64,000 nt of DNA, from the NCBI RefSeq assembly GCF_964204645.1, contig NC_134032.1, forward strand, positions 14,930,275-14,994,274. Direction: 5' to 3'. Below are positions 51,184 through 62,083 of the stretch, in pieces (position 1 is the first letter of the stretch; the number at the start of each line of letters is the position of its first letter). The notes beneath the pieces are model-generated. The model was not told the origin of the DNA, made no database searches, and saw only the letters and a list, made by a program, of their open reading frames with translations. Position numbers and translations under genes: made by a program. Origin of the DNA: Tubulanus polymorphus (Eukaryota > Animalia > Nemertea).

Positions 51184-52050
51184 CATCCTCCCTCTGCAGG
51201 GACTCGAACCTGATGGCATCGCTACACTCAGCCACGGCACGAACCCCTGCATCAGTAGACCGGCTGCGCAGGTACATGCGCAGCTTTCCGAACGAAAACT
51301 GGCGGCACCAATCAGATTGCTCGTTGTATAATCGTTGAGGCAAATTTCAAGGAAGAACTATAAATGGGAAAACCCGGGCTAAAATAAAACGGGATTTCTG
51401 ATTGGCTAAAAATCACATCATCTGAACTGCGCATGTATTTGCGCACACGGTCGATTATGGCAGGGTTTCGTGCCGTGGCAATCTCGATGCCATCATGTTC
51501 GAATCCCTGCCGGGGGAGGATGATTGTGGCAGGGTTTCGTGCCGTGGCAATCTCGATGCCATCAGGTTCGAATCCCTGCCGGGGGAGGATGATTGTGGCA
51601 GGGTTTCGTGCCGTGGCAATCTCGATGCCACCAGGTTCGAATCCCTGCCGGGGGAGGATGATTATGGCAGGGTTTCGTGCCGTGGCAATCTCGATGCCAC
51701 CAGGTTCGAATCCCTGCCGGGGAGGATGATTATGGCAGGGTTTCGTGCCGTGGCAATCTCGATGCCACCAGGTTCGAATCCCTGCCGGGGGGAGGATGAT
51801 TATGGCAGGGTTTCGTGCCGTGGCAATCTCGATGCCACCAGGTTCGAATCCCTGCCGGGGGAGGATGATTATGGCAGGGTTTCGTGCCGTGGCAATCTCG
51901 ATGCCACCAGGTTCGAATCCCTGCCGGGGGAGGATGATTATGGCAGGGTTTCGTGCCGTGGCAATCTCGATGCCATCAGGTTCGAATCCCTGCCGGGGGA
52001 GGATGGTCCGCTCGATGCCATCAGGTTCGAATCCCTGCCGGGGGAGGATG
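51184..52050. mobile_element. CATC-ended MITE (family B) with tandemly amplified right terminus (69-bp x8 plus a partial unit)
   Basis: ~100-bp imperfect TIRs. 8-bp TSD GTCTGTTG at 51176-51183 and 52051-52058. Confidence 0.88.
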
Positions 52051-52084
52051 GTCTGTTGATGATCTCAGCTCGTTTTACACCTAC

Positions 52085-52239
52085 CTGCCCAAACGGCTCG
52101 TTTCAGTTTATAACAAACGCACGATAAAACCAGGAAGTAAATATACATGGAAAGAATGAAGATAACCCGACCACTGACTGGTAAGACTGCTAGTACCGGG
52201 TAGACCCAGATATTCGCGTAGTATGCTATCCATAATACC
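52085..52239 (-). CDS. AIG1: AIG1/ADTRP-like, exon 5
   Basis: tttcag| and |gtaggt; VLWIAYYANIWVYPVLAVL carries the family's W(V/P)YP motif. Confidence 0.9.
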
Positions 52240-52289
52240 CTGAAAATAGATTGGGAACTGTATAAAAATTCTATAACTTGATGATTCTT

Positions 52290-52760
52290 CCCTCTCCCTC
52301 TCCCTGTCCGTCCCTGCCCCTGTCCCTCTCCCCTCTCCCCGTCCCTCTCCCTGTCCGTCCCTGTTCCTCACCCCCTCTCCCTCTCCCTGTCCGTCCCTGC
52401 CCCTGTCCCTCTCCCCTCTCCCCGTCCCTCTCCCTGTCCGTCCCTGTTCCTCACCCCCTCTCCCTCTCCTGTCCGTCCCTGTTCCTCTCCCTCTCTCCCT
52501 GTCCGTCCCTGCCCCTGTCCCTCTCCCTGTCCCTGTCCCCCTCTCCTTGTCCCTGTCCCTCTCCCTGTCCGTCCCTGTCCCTCTCCCTGTCCGTCCCTGT
52601 TCCTCTCCCTCTCTCCCTGTCCATCCCTGCCCCTGTCCCTCTCCTTCTCTTACTCTCCCCAAGCTCTCACTCCTCTCCCTTTCCCTCTCCTATGCTCACC
52701 TCCGTCTCCCACCCCTCTCACTCTCCTCAAACTCTCACCCATCTCCCTGTTTTTCTCTCT
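52290..52760. repeat. C/T-rich minisatellite (ccctgtccgtccctg...)
   Basis: Low-complexity tract in AIG1 intron 4. Confidence 0.9.
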
Positions 52761-52768
52761 GAACTTAC

Positions 52769-52884
52769 CACAAACCGTAAACTAACGCGAATAACGACAG
52801 TCCTTTTATACAGCGTTTTAAACTAGGACAATGATGATTGGTCATTAACATTTCCACGAATAAAAACACAATAACGGTGGTGTG
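52769..52884 (-). CDS. AIG1: AIG1/ADTRP-like, exon 4 (catalytic His131)
   Basis: tttcag| and |gtaagt; HTTVIVFLFVEMLMTNHHCPS. Confidence 0.9.
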
Positions 52885-53671
52885 CTGAAACAAATATAGA
52901 GAAATCAATCTTCAGAAGATAATCTATCAGTTATACATAGATTGATGAATCAATTATGGTAATCTAGAAATAATCGACAGCAACCCTCGATCCTAGAACC
53001 CTCGACTGAGGTGGAGGAGCTATTTCACAGGGTCTATAGCTGTAACATTGTTAGTCAGATTTATCATTGCGAAAGACGATAAATACACAACTTTTGAACT
53101 GAAAACGAAACTGTTAAATTCAGAGAACAATATTTTTAACATTTTCTAAAAATCAAAACTTCGATTTTTTGAAAATCCTGTTCCTACCTTCGTATTTCTG
53201 TGAAACCACAGACTCGATGCGTTTACCTTCTTAAACCCACACCACACAATTTTTTAAATGATATTAATTTACTACTGGTTAGACATAATTATATAAGTAC
53301 ACGTAACCCGTAACCTTGGACATGTAGAAGTAGAATCACAATTAGTAAGCGGGTTAGGTTAATTAGGGTTAGGGTGAGAACTAAACAGAAAGGGTTCAAC
53401 GGAAAAGTAAAGAAACTTGAGAACAGTTAAAATAGAACCAGAAATATACAATTATAGAATGTGGTAACAGTAAATCGATATATACTCACTACGCTATTTA
53501 GATAATTACGTAAAGCGTTTGACTACACACGTGTGTGTGTGCGTGTGAATTAGATTTGAAAATCTAGAAAAAAATAACTGAATTATCGGTAAATTTGTTC
53601 ACTGGGAAGAAAAGAAAAATGATAGCTGAAAAGATGAATATTGTGCTGATGAAAGGAACGAAAACATTATA

Positions 53672-56117
53672 CAATTGACCCCCGATAAACCGCCCACACA
53701 TCGGCGCAGAACGATTTTAGCGGTATAGAGAGTATGGCGGTATATCGGGAGTGTTTTATTATGTATGTGTATTGAGGTGTACATTGAGAAAACCTGGCGA
53801 CAGGCGAGGGTTGCGGTAAATGGGAGGGCGGTATATCGGGGGTGTTTTACTATGTATGTGTATTGAGATGTACATTGAGAAAACCTGGCGGAAGGCAGGC
53901 GGGGGTTGCGGTAAATGGGAGGGCGGTATATCGGGGGTGTTTTACTATGTATGTGTATTGAGATGTACATTGAGAAAACCGGGCGGAAGGCAGGCGGGGG
54001 TTGCGGTATATGAGAGGGCGGTATATTGGGGGTGTTTTACTATGTATATGTATTGAGATGTACATTGAGAAAACCTGGCGGAAGGCAGGCGGGGGTGGTG
54101 GTATATGGGAGGGCGGTATATCGGGGGTGTTTTACTATGTATGTGTATTGAGGTGTACATTGAGAAAACCTGGCGGAAGGCAGGCGGGGGTGGTGGTATA
54201 TGGGAGGGCGGTATATCGAGGGTGTGTTACTATGTATGTGTATTGAGATGTACATTGAGAAAACCTGGCGGAAGGCAGGCGGGGGTGGCGGTATATGGGA
54301 GGGCGGTATATCGAGGGTGTGTTACTATGTATGTGTATTGAGATGTACATTGAGAAAACCTGGCGGAAGGCAGGCGGGGGTTGCGGTATATGGGAGGGCG
54401 GTATATCGAGGGTGTGTTACTATGTATGTGTATTGAGATGTACATTGAGAAAACCTGGCGGAAGGCAGGCGGGGGTGGCGGTATATGGGAGGGCGGTATA
54501 TCGAGGGTGTGTTACTATGTATGTGTATTGAGATGTACATTGAGAAAACCTGGCGGAAGGCAGGCGGGGGTTGCGGTATATGGGAGGGCGGTATATCGAG
54601 GGTGTGTTACTATGTATGTGTATTGAGATGTACATTGAGAAAACCTGGCGGAAGGCAGGCGGGGGTGGCGGTATATGGGAGGGCGGTATATCGAGGGTGT
54701 GTTACTATGTATGTGTATTGAGATGTACATTGAGAAAACCTGGCGGAAGGCAGGCGGGGGTTGCGGTATATGGGAGGGTAGTATATCGGAGGTGTTTTAT
54801 TATGTATTTGTATTGAGATGTACATTGAGAAAACCTAGCGGTAGGCGGGGGTGGTGGTATATGGGAGGGCGGTATATCGGGGGTGTTTTACTATGTATGT
54901 GTATTGAGGTGTACATTGAGAAAACCTGGCGGAAGGCAGGCGGGGGTGGTGGTATATGGGAGGGCGGTATATCGAGGGTGTGTTACTATGTATGTGTATT
55001 GAGATGTACATTGAGAAAACCTGGCGGAAGGCAGGCGGGGGTGGCGGTATATGGGAGGGCGGTATATCGAGGGTGTGTTACTATGTATGTGTATTGAGAT
55101 GTACATTGAGAAAACCTGGCGGAAGGCAGGCGGGGGTTGCGGTATATGGGAGGGCGGTATATCGAGGGTGTGTTACTATGTATGTGTATTGAGATGTACA
55201 TTGAGAAAACCTGGCGGAAGGCAGGCGGGGGTGGCGGTATATGGGAGGGCGGTATATCGAGGATGTGTTACTATGTATGTGTATTGAGATGTACATTGAG
55301 AAAACCTGGCGGAAGGCAGGCGGGGGTGGCGGTATATGGGAGGGCGGTATATCGAGGGTGTGTTACTATGTATGTGTATTGAGATGTACATTGAGAAAAC
55401 CGGGCGGAAGGCAGGCGGGGGTTGCGGTATATGGGAGGGCGGTATATCGAGGGTGTGTTACTATGTATGTGTATTGAGATGTACATTGAGAAAACCTGGC
55501 GGAAGGCAGGCAGGGGTTGCGGTATATGGGAGGGCGGTATATCGGGAGTGTTTTATTATGTATGTGTATTGAGGTGTACATTGAGAAAACCTGGCGGAAG
55601 GCAGGCGGGGGTGGCGGTATATGGGAGGGCGGTATATCGAGGGTGTGTTACTATGTATGTGTATTGAGATGTACATTGAGAAAACCTGGCGGAAGGCAGG
55701 CAGGGGTTGCGGTATATGGGAGGGCGGTATATCGGGAGTGTTTTATTATGTATGTGTATTGAGATGTACATTGAGAAAACCTGGCGGAAGGCAGGCGGGG
55801 GTGGTGGTATATGGGAGGGCGGTATATCGGGAGTGTTTTACTATGTATGTGTATTGAGATCTACATTGAGAAAACCTAGCGGAAGGCAGGGGTGGCGGTA
55901 TATGAGAGGGCGGTATATTGGGGGTGTTTTACTATGTATATGTATTGAGATGTACATTGAGAAAACCTGGCGGAAGGCAGGCGGGGGTTGCGGTAAATGG
56001 GAGGGCGGTATATCGGGGGTGTTTTATTATGTATGTGTATTGAGGTGTACATTGAGAAAACCTGGCGACAGACGGGGGTGGCGGTAAATGGGAGGTCGGT
56101 ATATCGGGGTTTGACTG
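53672..56117. mobile_element. pogo/Tigger-like MITE containing a 95-bp satellite (about 25 copies)
   Basis: TA-flanked TIRs caattgacccccgataaaccg and cggtatatcggggtttgactg (17/23 match); 95-bp period over ~53720-56110. Confidence 0.85.
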
Positions 56118-56622
56118 TACATTCATTCGGTGTCTTCTCGATGGATTTAGCACATCAACAAAAATTTTTCATTTTTGGATCTCAAATTGGGGAGTGTATT
56201 GTAGGCCCTCTTAATTATTTGATTTATTTGATGTTGTTTGATGTTGTACTCAGTCTCGCAGTCGACACTTAATCAGAATAGCTGTAGGTCTTGTTAGTAA
56301 TTAGAATGACTTCAAACTGGACTCAAAGACCGATTGGTCCAAGGTCGGTTATTAGTTCAGCTAAAACCGAAAAGTTTTAAATCTAAGTAATATGGCTGTG
56401 GTGGAACTGGGCCCAGACTACAGGGGCCAGTATTAACTTTAGCCCCGGGAGGTTAAATCAATTAAAAATGAATTGAGTTAAAGTTACTAGCAGTCCAAAA
56501 AACAAAATCTATGCAAAAAGGGAAAATTTCAAATTAACGAAGGCGGTTTTTGATCGGTTGGAAAATCATCCCGTAGAAGGGGTTTAAAAGTCTTATTTGG
56601 GGGGGGGGGAGGTTCTACTTAC

Positions 56623-56724
56623 CATAATATGATTGAGCCAGGACGGAAAAAATTTGTCCAACGCGACCGGAAATATCAACTCTCGGTTGTACGCAAATAT
56701 GGACCAAAATGACGTCACTACAAA
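56623..56724 (-). CDS. AIG1: AIG1/ADTRP-like, exon 3
   Basis: ttaag| and |gtaagt; FVVTSFWSIFAYNRELIFPVALDKFFPSWLNHIM. Confidence 0.92.
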
Positions 56725-56934
56725 CTTAAAGACGAAATAGAACGAATTCAATTATACCGAATCATCGTGAAAATCAGCTTAATCGGTTTGTTCCCGCCAC
56801 AAACAATAACGTTGTTAAAATACGTAGACATCGGGGGCGAAAGTGAGATACTTTTATCCTGCATTCATTTAATAGTCACCAAGAGCGACTTCGCAAGGGC
56901 GGGAGACAAGCCTGACGAGTGGGTCCAGTAAACT

Positions 56935-57038
56935 CATCTTCACCCATCAAGGGATTCGAACCCACTACGCTTAAGCTGTTCCCCGAACTGGTGGAAGCGA
57001 GTTCGGGAGTGATACCGGACCCCTGGCAAGCGAGGATG
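56935..57038. mobile_element. CATC-ended MITE family A, internally deleted inverted copy
   Basis: Retains both ends of the 14789 element. Perfect 8-bp TSD AGTAAACT at 56927-56934 and 57039-57046. Confidence 0.88.
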
Positions 57039-57298
57039 AGTAAACTGCGCTAGTCTCAGAGCCGACATGCTCGCTTGCCAGGGGTTTGATAATTACCTCC
57101 CGCCGAAGCCTGGTTGCACCCCTTCATTGCTCTATCGCATTGCTCAAGATTTATTTGGTGAACAGGTTGCCGCTAAGCAGGCTATTTCTCAAAATTGAAG
57201 GAATTTTTAAAGGAGTTTCAGGCATGTTGCGCAAACTATAAAAAGACCCTAAAAAAAGGTCGCAGTCTGTTTGACGTTGAGAGGCGCGGGAGACTTAC

Positions 57299-57442
57299 AA
57301 GCCCGACTGGTAAAGCGATCACCGATAGTGTATAATCTCTAATACGCTGTAATAAAGACGCTCGTCTTGGATCGCCGGGTTGATAATCAGTGCCGAATAG
57401 ATCGTTCAAAAAACACACTCCAAACAACATTCCTTGGATCCA
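57299..57442 (-). CDS. AIG1: AIG1/ADTRP-like, exon 2
   Basis: ttccag| and |gtaagt; WIQGMLFGVCFLNDL...RIRDYTLSVIALPVGL. Confidence 0.92.
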
Positions 57443-57483
57443 CTGGAAAAAAATTAAATCAATTACAAATATCGTATACACTG

Positions 57484-57591
57484 GACCCAGTTCCACAGTC
57501 GTGAGTTAGAGTTAATTCTGAGTTAAAGTTAGTTCATTTTCAATGAGTTAACTCTGAGTCAAATCTTAACTCAGAACTGTTGAACTGGACA
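57484..57591. mobile_element. Harbinger-like MITE
   Basis: ctg|gacccagttccacag...ctgttgaactggaca|ctg with a palindromic body. Confidence 0.65.
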
Positions 57592-58269
57592 CTGGAGAGC
57601 GTCAAACGGAAGATGTTATCGACAATTTGGAAATCGGTGAAATGGATTATATCATTGAATTTTCTGGTTCGTGTTTCTTGAGAAATGGCCGAACATGTCC
57701 CACAAGTGACCAGTGGTCCCTGCGTGTCAACTGGTCCTAACGCGGTATCGACTGACACAGTGCGCGCGGCCAAAGACCGACGATGATGCTTAAAGGTCAA
57801 AATCCCCCGACGCTATCACTGAGACGCGTAACGGAGATAGTAATCGTAAAGTTGTGATAAAACTACCATTTCGGACTTTGTAACTAGAATTGGAACTTAA
57901 TCACTGGTGTTGGAGTTAAATAACTGGTTAAAGACCAGCGCGAGCCACAAACACGGAAAATAATTAAATACAGCCCAAAGACAAAGCCCCCCCCCCCGAC
58001 GCTCGTCCCCAGGGCCCGACCACACAACTTAGTCGGTTACATTTTCCAGAGAAAATATTCAAAGAAATTTCGATCGAATAATGGATGAGTTTGCGTGTTG
58101 AAACAAAAACTCAGGCAAAACATCTTTTACATCCGAGATTCTGGCCACCCGGTGCCCGCCCGCTCTTCAAACTGAACTACACCGACTTATACCGCCCTCT
58201 ACAATCTAACCTCGGTAAGCTAGACTACGTCATAAAATCGATAATCGCTGATGAATATGGAATACGTAC

Positions 58270-58413
58270 CAGATTCCAAAACGTCAAATACTTCCATTTT
58301 CCCGCGTACGTCGACGGTCGTGGAAGTTTCACTTCGTACGCATCGTACCAAATCGAATAAGCGTAAACTCCACAGATGGACAGGTGCAGGAGAGTAGCGA
58401 TTGCAGATTTCAT
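58270..58413 (-). CDS. AIG1: AIG1/ADTRP-like (FAR-17a/AIG1 family FAHFA hydrolase), exon 1 (catalytic Thr44)
   Basis: MKSAIATLLH...TYAGKWKYLTFWNL|gtacgt. All six exons join in phase to give 232 aa. Confidence 0.92.
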
Positions 58414-59481
58414 CGTGTGACAGCTCTGCGCGCGGCGGGTAGTACTGCTCTAGTCCACAGTACTACTGTGTTATATAGCGCGATTTCTGGGAATTACCCT
58501 GCGACGACTACTACAAGTGCGACAGTACGCGTACTGTGGCAGTACTATTGTGGCGCTGCGCACTGTAGGCACTAGTGGATTGTCCAGAAATAAACTGGAA
58601 AATGTGACACTAAATAGAAATTGAAAATGTTCAGAGACAGAGTCCTGCTGGGAGTTTAGGAATGGAATTTCTTGTTTAATTTGTGGATCATTCAAAACCG
58701 CCCCACCCCTTGAACTTGAAACCCAACATGGGCTCAGATACATCATAATGCCCCACGAAAAAAAAACGACCCCAAAACATAAAATTTTGTCTCTGTAGAA
58801 TCATAGAACTCAAATCAAATTTGTTTTGAGTTCTATGGTAGAATGTAAACCGATATGCGTTAATTGAATCGGGAATCCTCGTGGAATTCCGGCAGGACGA
58901 ATCGGGAATTCTCGTGGAATTCCGGAGTTGCCCTTTGAGGGTCACCCCCATCAACCCGGTGTCTCTGTATCACTACGCGTTCGAGCTCCCAGGTCCGCAC
59001 ACTTATAATTATATCATCATATCGACCACGATATAACTTATATTCCGAATCGGTCGACATAAAACAGTATATCGATGATATTATACATGGAGCAATTAAT
59101 AAAAACAATATTTAGAGTTGATGATATTGCTCTGTCGGATTTAGACCGCTTTGGCGCCAGCCTGTTAACCGTCGTTTTTAGTGACGTCATTCAGCCATGT
59201 TCGCGCTTCGGAAACTAGAATTTTGTCGCGCTATTAAAAATCGAAATTAAACCAATTAACACGCCGATTAATCGCACCTATTAATTATAACGACACAGGG
59301 GATGATTTGAGGAATCGATTAGTGTTGAGTCAGGTGCGGAGAAAGACTGCATTTGTAGGAATCACGCTTGTAATCGGGGTATATCCCGGATATCCCAGTT
59401 CTGGGATAGTCCCTCCTCTCGGGTTGGCGGCGCGGCTTTCCCAGGTTTGTGTGTAAACAAACTTGTGTTTATTTTCTGAAG
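58414..59481. promoter_or_regulatory. CpG-rich bidirectional promoter region for AIG1 (-) and HIVEP (+), including a probable non-coding HIVEP first exon ending at 59481
   Basis: Divergent genes; TGACGTCA at 59182-59189; YY1-like GCCATGTT; CTGGGA Staf/ZNF143-like cores; aag|gtgagc donor. Confidence 0.6.
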
Positions 59482-60435
59482 GTGAGCTATATTTATAATA
59501 TCGTTGTCAGTAATTATTCGAACGAGTTGAAAGTTGCGCATTGAACATTTGTTGAGAAAATGATGTGTGAACTTGTAATACGTGTATCTAAAAATGGGGG
59601 ATGGATCGAGTTTGATTCCGAATCTCTAGCCCCCGAGTATACAGATCAGAAGACAGGCAGCGGGTTCGAATCCTACCTTAACCGATGTAATATATTTATT
59701 TTTTTTTCGGTGCATTTTATTTTAGCGAATTTCGTTTTTGGTATTTTGTGGCAGATATAATAGGATTTGTGGCTAAGAACCAATTCATAAATCAAAATTT
59801 ATGGCCCAGCTCAGCCTCTTGACTCCTACTACTTGACTCCCCTCTCCACTCCAGCCGAGTCCAGGTTCGGCTGATGTCCCGGGTTTGAATCTAAACTGTT
59901 ATTTAAATGCATTCATACAATATTTAAATGTTGGCAGCAAATAGAAAATTGATCTGAATGCATTTATGTTTGTTGTATTACTCATCGCTTGTGTATTTAT
60001 GGGTAGTTTGCTGTATCGATTTTATTCTAAAAATAGATCGTTGATTTATAGGTCGATATAAATGAATTGTATTATAGACTGTTCCACCATCGATGAACAA
60101 AGATTAAATAAATATTTAGTGAGATAGGATATAAGAAAAATATAAAAAAAAGATTTTATTATGAATTTAATGATATGAATTTTTAAAGTTAAAAACATTT
60201 AATTGGAATATCGTTGTTGAAATTAGAAATATGAAGTAAAACCTATTTAAACTGTTATCTAAAAGAAAAAAAAAACTATAAATTGCGGTGAAAAAATCAA
60301 AATAATCAATAGTGTGTAATGTCTTTTTCAACTTGACTTCATTTGGGTCGCTCATCACACAGAAAAGAGATTTTGTAAAACAAGTTTAACAATATGTCTC
60401 CATGCCTACCAACTGAACGTTTTTATCAAATACTG

Positions 60436-60562
60436 GGGCCAGTTGCTCAAATGTTGGTTAAAGATAACCGGCGTATAAATACCATAGTAACAATGGACTT
60501 CTAATTGTCACAATGTCAACTATCCACTGGTTAACTCTAACCAACTTTAGAGCAACTGGCCC
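60436..60562. mobile_element. Harbinger-like MITE (same family as 1579-1699)
   Basis: ctg|gggccagttgctc...gagcaactggccc|ctg. Confidence 0.8.
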
Positions 60563-60819
60563 CTGGTAATCAAAAATTACCGGTATATGTTGACACCCAA
60601 TAAACGTTCGAATTATGCAGTCAATTTTCTCTTTGCTTTTCCATGAAGCTTTTTTGGCAATTCTTCCTTATCGTCATCTGAAACAATTTAGTTGAAATAG
60701 ACATTAAACCACCAATGCATGGTGAAAATAAGATTTTCCCGAATGATTAAGATGGAAATCAGTTTAAAAGAGATCATTTGTTGATTTTTAGGATGGTTTC
60801 AAACTGACATATCGATATA

Positions 60820-60874
60820 ATGACGTCTCAAGTCGAGGAAGAACCGATCACTAGCGAACAAACGTCTATGGATG
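60820..60874 (+). CDS. HIVEP: HIVEP/Schnurri-like, first coding exon
   Basis: Exon 60792-60874; MTSQVEEEPITSEQTSMD then G|gtaaga, phase 1. Confidence 0.7.
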
Positions 60875-60937
60875 GTAAGAAGATTTAATTCTTGATTCTA
60901 ATGTTAACGAAAACTTGTCAAACACTTATAGGTGTGG

Positions 60938-61305
60938 TTGGAGCAGTCCGATTGAATTAAACTGACTTGACGGTGATCAATCTTAATTGGAGCAGTCCCA
61001 TTCAATAAAACTGACTTGCCGGTGATCACTCCTAAAGTTGGAGCAGTCCCATTGAATTAAACTGACTTGCCGGTGATCACTCTTAATTGGAGCAGTCCCA
61101 TTGATTTATTAAACTAACTTGCCAGTGATCACTCTCATTTGGAGCAGTCCCATTGATTTATTAAACTGACTTGCCGGTGATCACTCTTAATGTTGGAGCA
61201 GTCCCATCGAACTGTACTGACTTGCCAGTGATCACTCTCAATTGGAGCAGTCCCATTGAATTAAACTCACTTGCCAGTGATCACTCTTAATTGGAGCAGT
61301 CCCAT
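60938..61305. repeat. ~50-bp intronic tandem repeat, about 7.5 copies
   Basis: ttggagcagtcccattgaattaaactgacttgccggtgatcactcttaa. Confidence 0.9.
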
Positions 61306-61353
61306 TCTGTCCAGGTATTAATTCTCGATGTATATTTTTACATATATTTATAG

Positions 61354-61521
61354 TGGAAGAAATGATAATAGTCACTTCCTCTCCGTCTGCCGCTGGTAGT
61401 ACAACAGATCGCGCAGTAGATGGCATCACCGATATCAAAACTAAACGTTTAGTGCTCGTTAAAAACGAAAATGGGTCGAATACGGACGCGCCGATTTCAA
61501 TCGCCGAGGAGATTACTGACG
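61354..61521 (+). CDS. HIVEP: HIVEP/Schnurri-like exon
   Basis: tatag| and |gtaaga; 168 nt, phase 1-1, open frame. Confidence 0.75.
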
Positions 61522-62083
61522 GTAAGAATTCTCAATTGTTGATCATCTAGTCAGTGATTCAGTCAAATACAGGTAGATCATGTGATTGGCCCATCATCTA
61601 GTCAGTGTTTGGTTAATGATTGATACATCGTCTGTTTTGTGATTGGTCAATTCATTCGATCACATTATTAGCTGGTTTTGGTTGATTCTCTGGTGGTACG
61701 TGATTTATTTGTCAGTGTTGTGTAAATCAGGGAATTTTGTAGGAAAAAAAAATTCAGGGAAAAGTCTTGGAAATAATTTGAGATTGCGCATAAAATCAAA
61801 TTCGTGTTTATGGATTGAATCGGATCAAGTCAGGGAAAAGAAACCGAGTCAAATAAAGGTGGCGCCACCCTGAAAAATTTCTGGTAAAAATGATGATTGA
61901 GGTTTCCATAGACAAGTAATAATATATAAAAAAATATTGAAAAAATAATAAAAAAATATCAAAACTTTTGAAAATGGCTCATAGAATTGAGTTGAAACGT
62001 TAAGCTACCAGGTAGTTTTTCTTTTTATTGTGGGTTTTTGTCTACTAATGATGATTTGCGAATGATTGTGATGATTGTTTCAG

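Noticed and set aside
51454-52050. tRNA gene cluster, or the 210-aa ORF 51495-52127
   Set aside because: No D-arm, and the acceptor and T stems compete for the same bases. Units are amplified transposon ends bounded by a TSD; the ORF is a repeat artefact.
16133-56110. CRISPR-like appearance of the regular arrays
   Set aside because: Eukaryotic context, no unique spacers and no cas genes.
53599-56272. About 40 overlapping 71-140 aa ORFs
   Set aside because: Translations of the 95-bp satellite inside an AIG1 intron.
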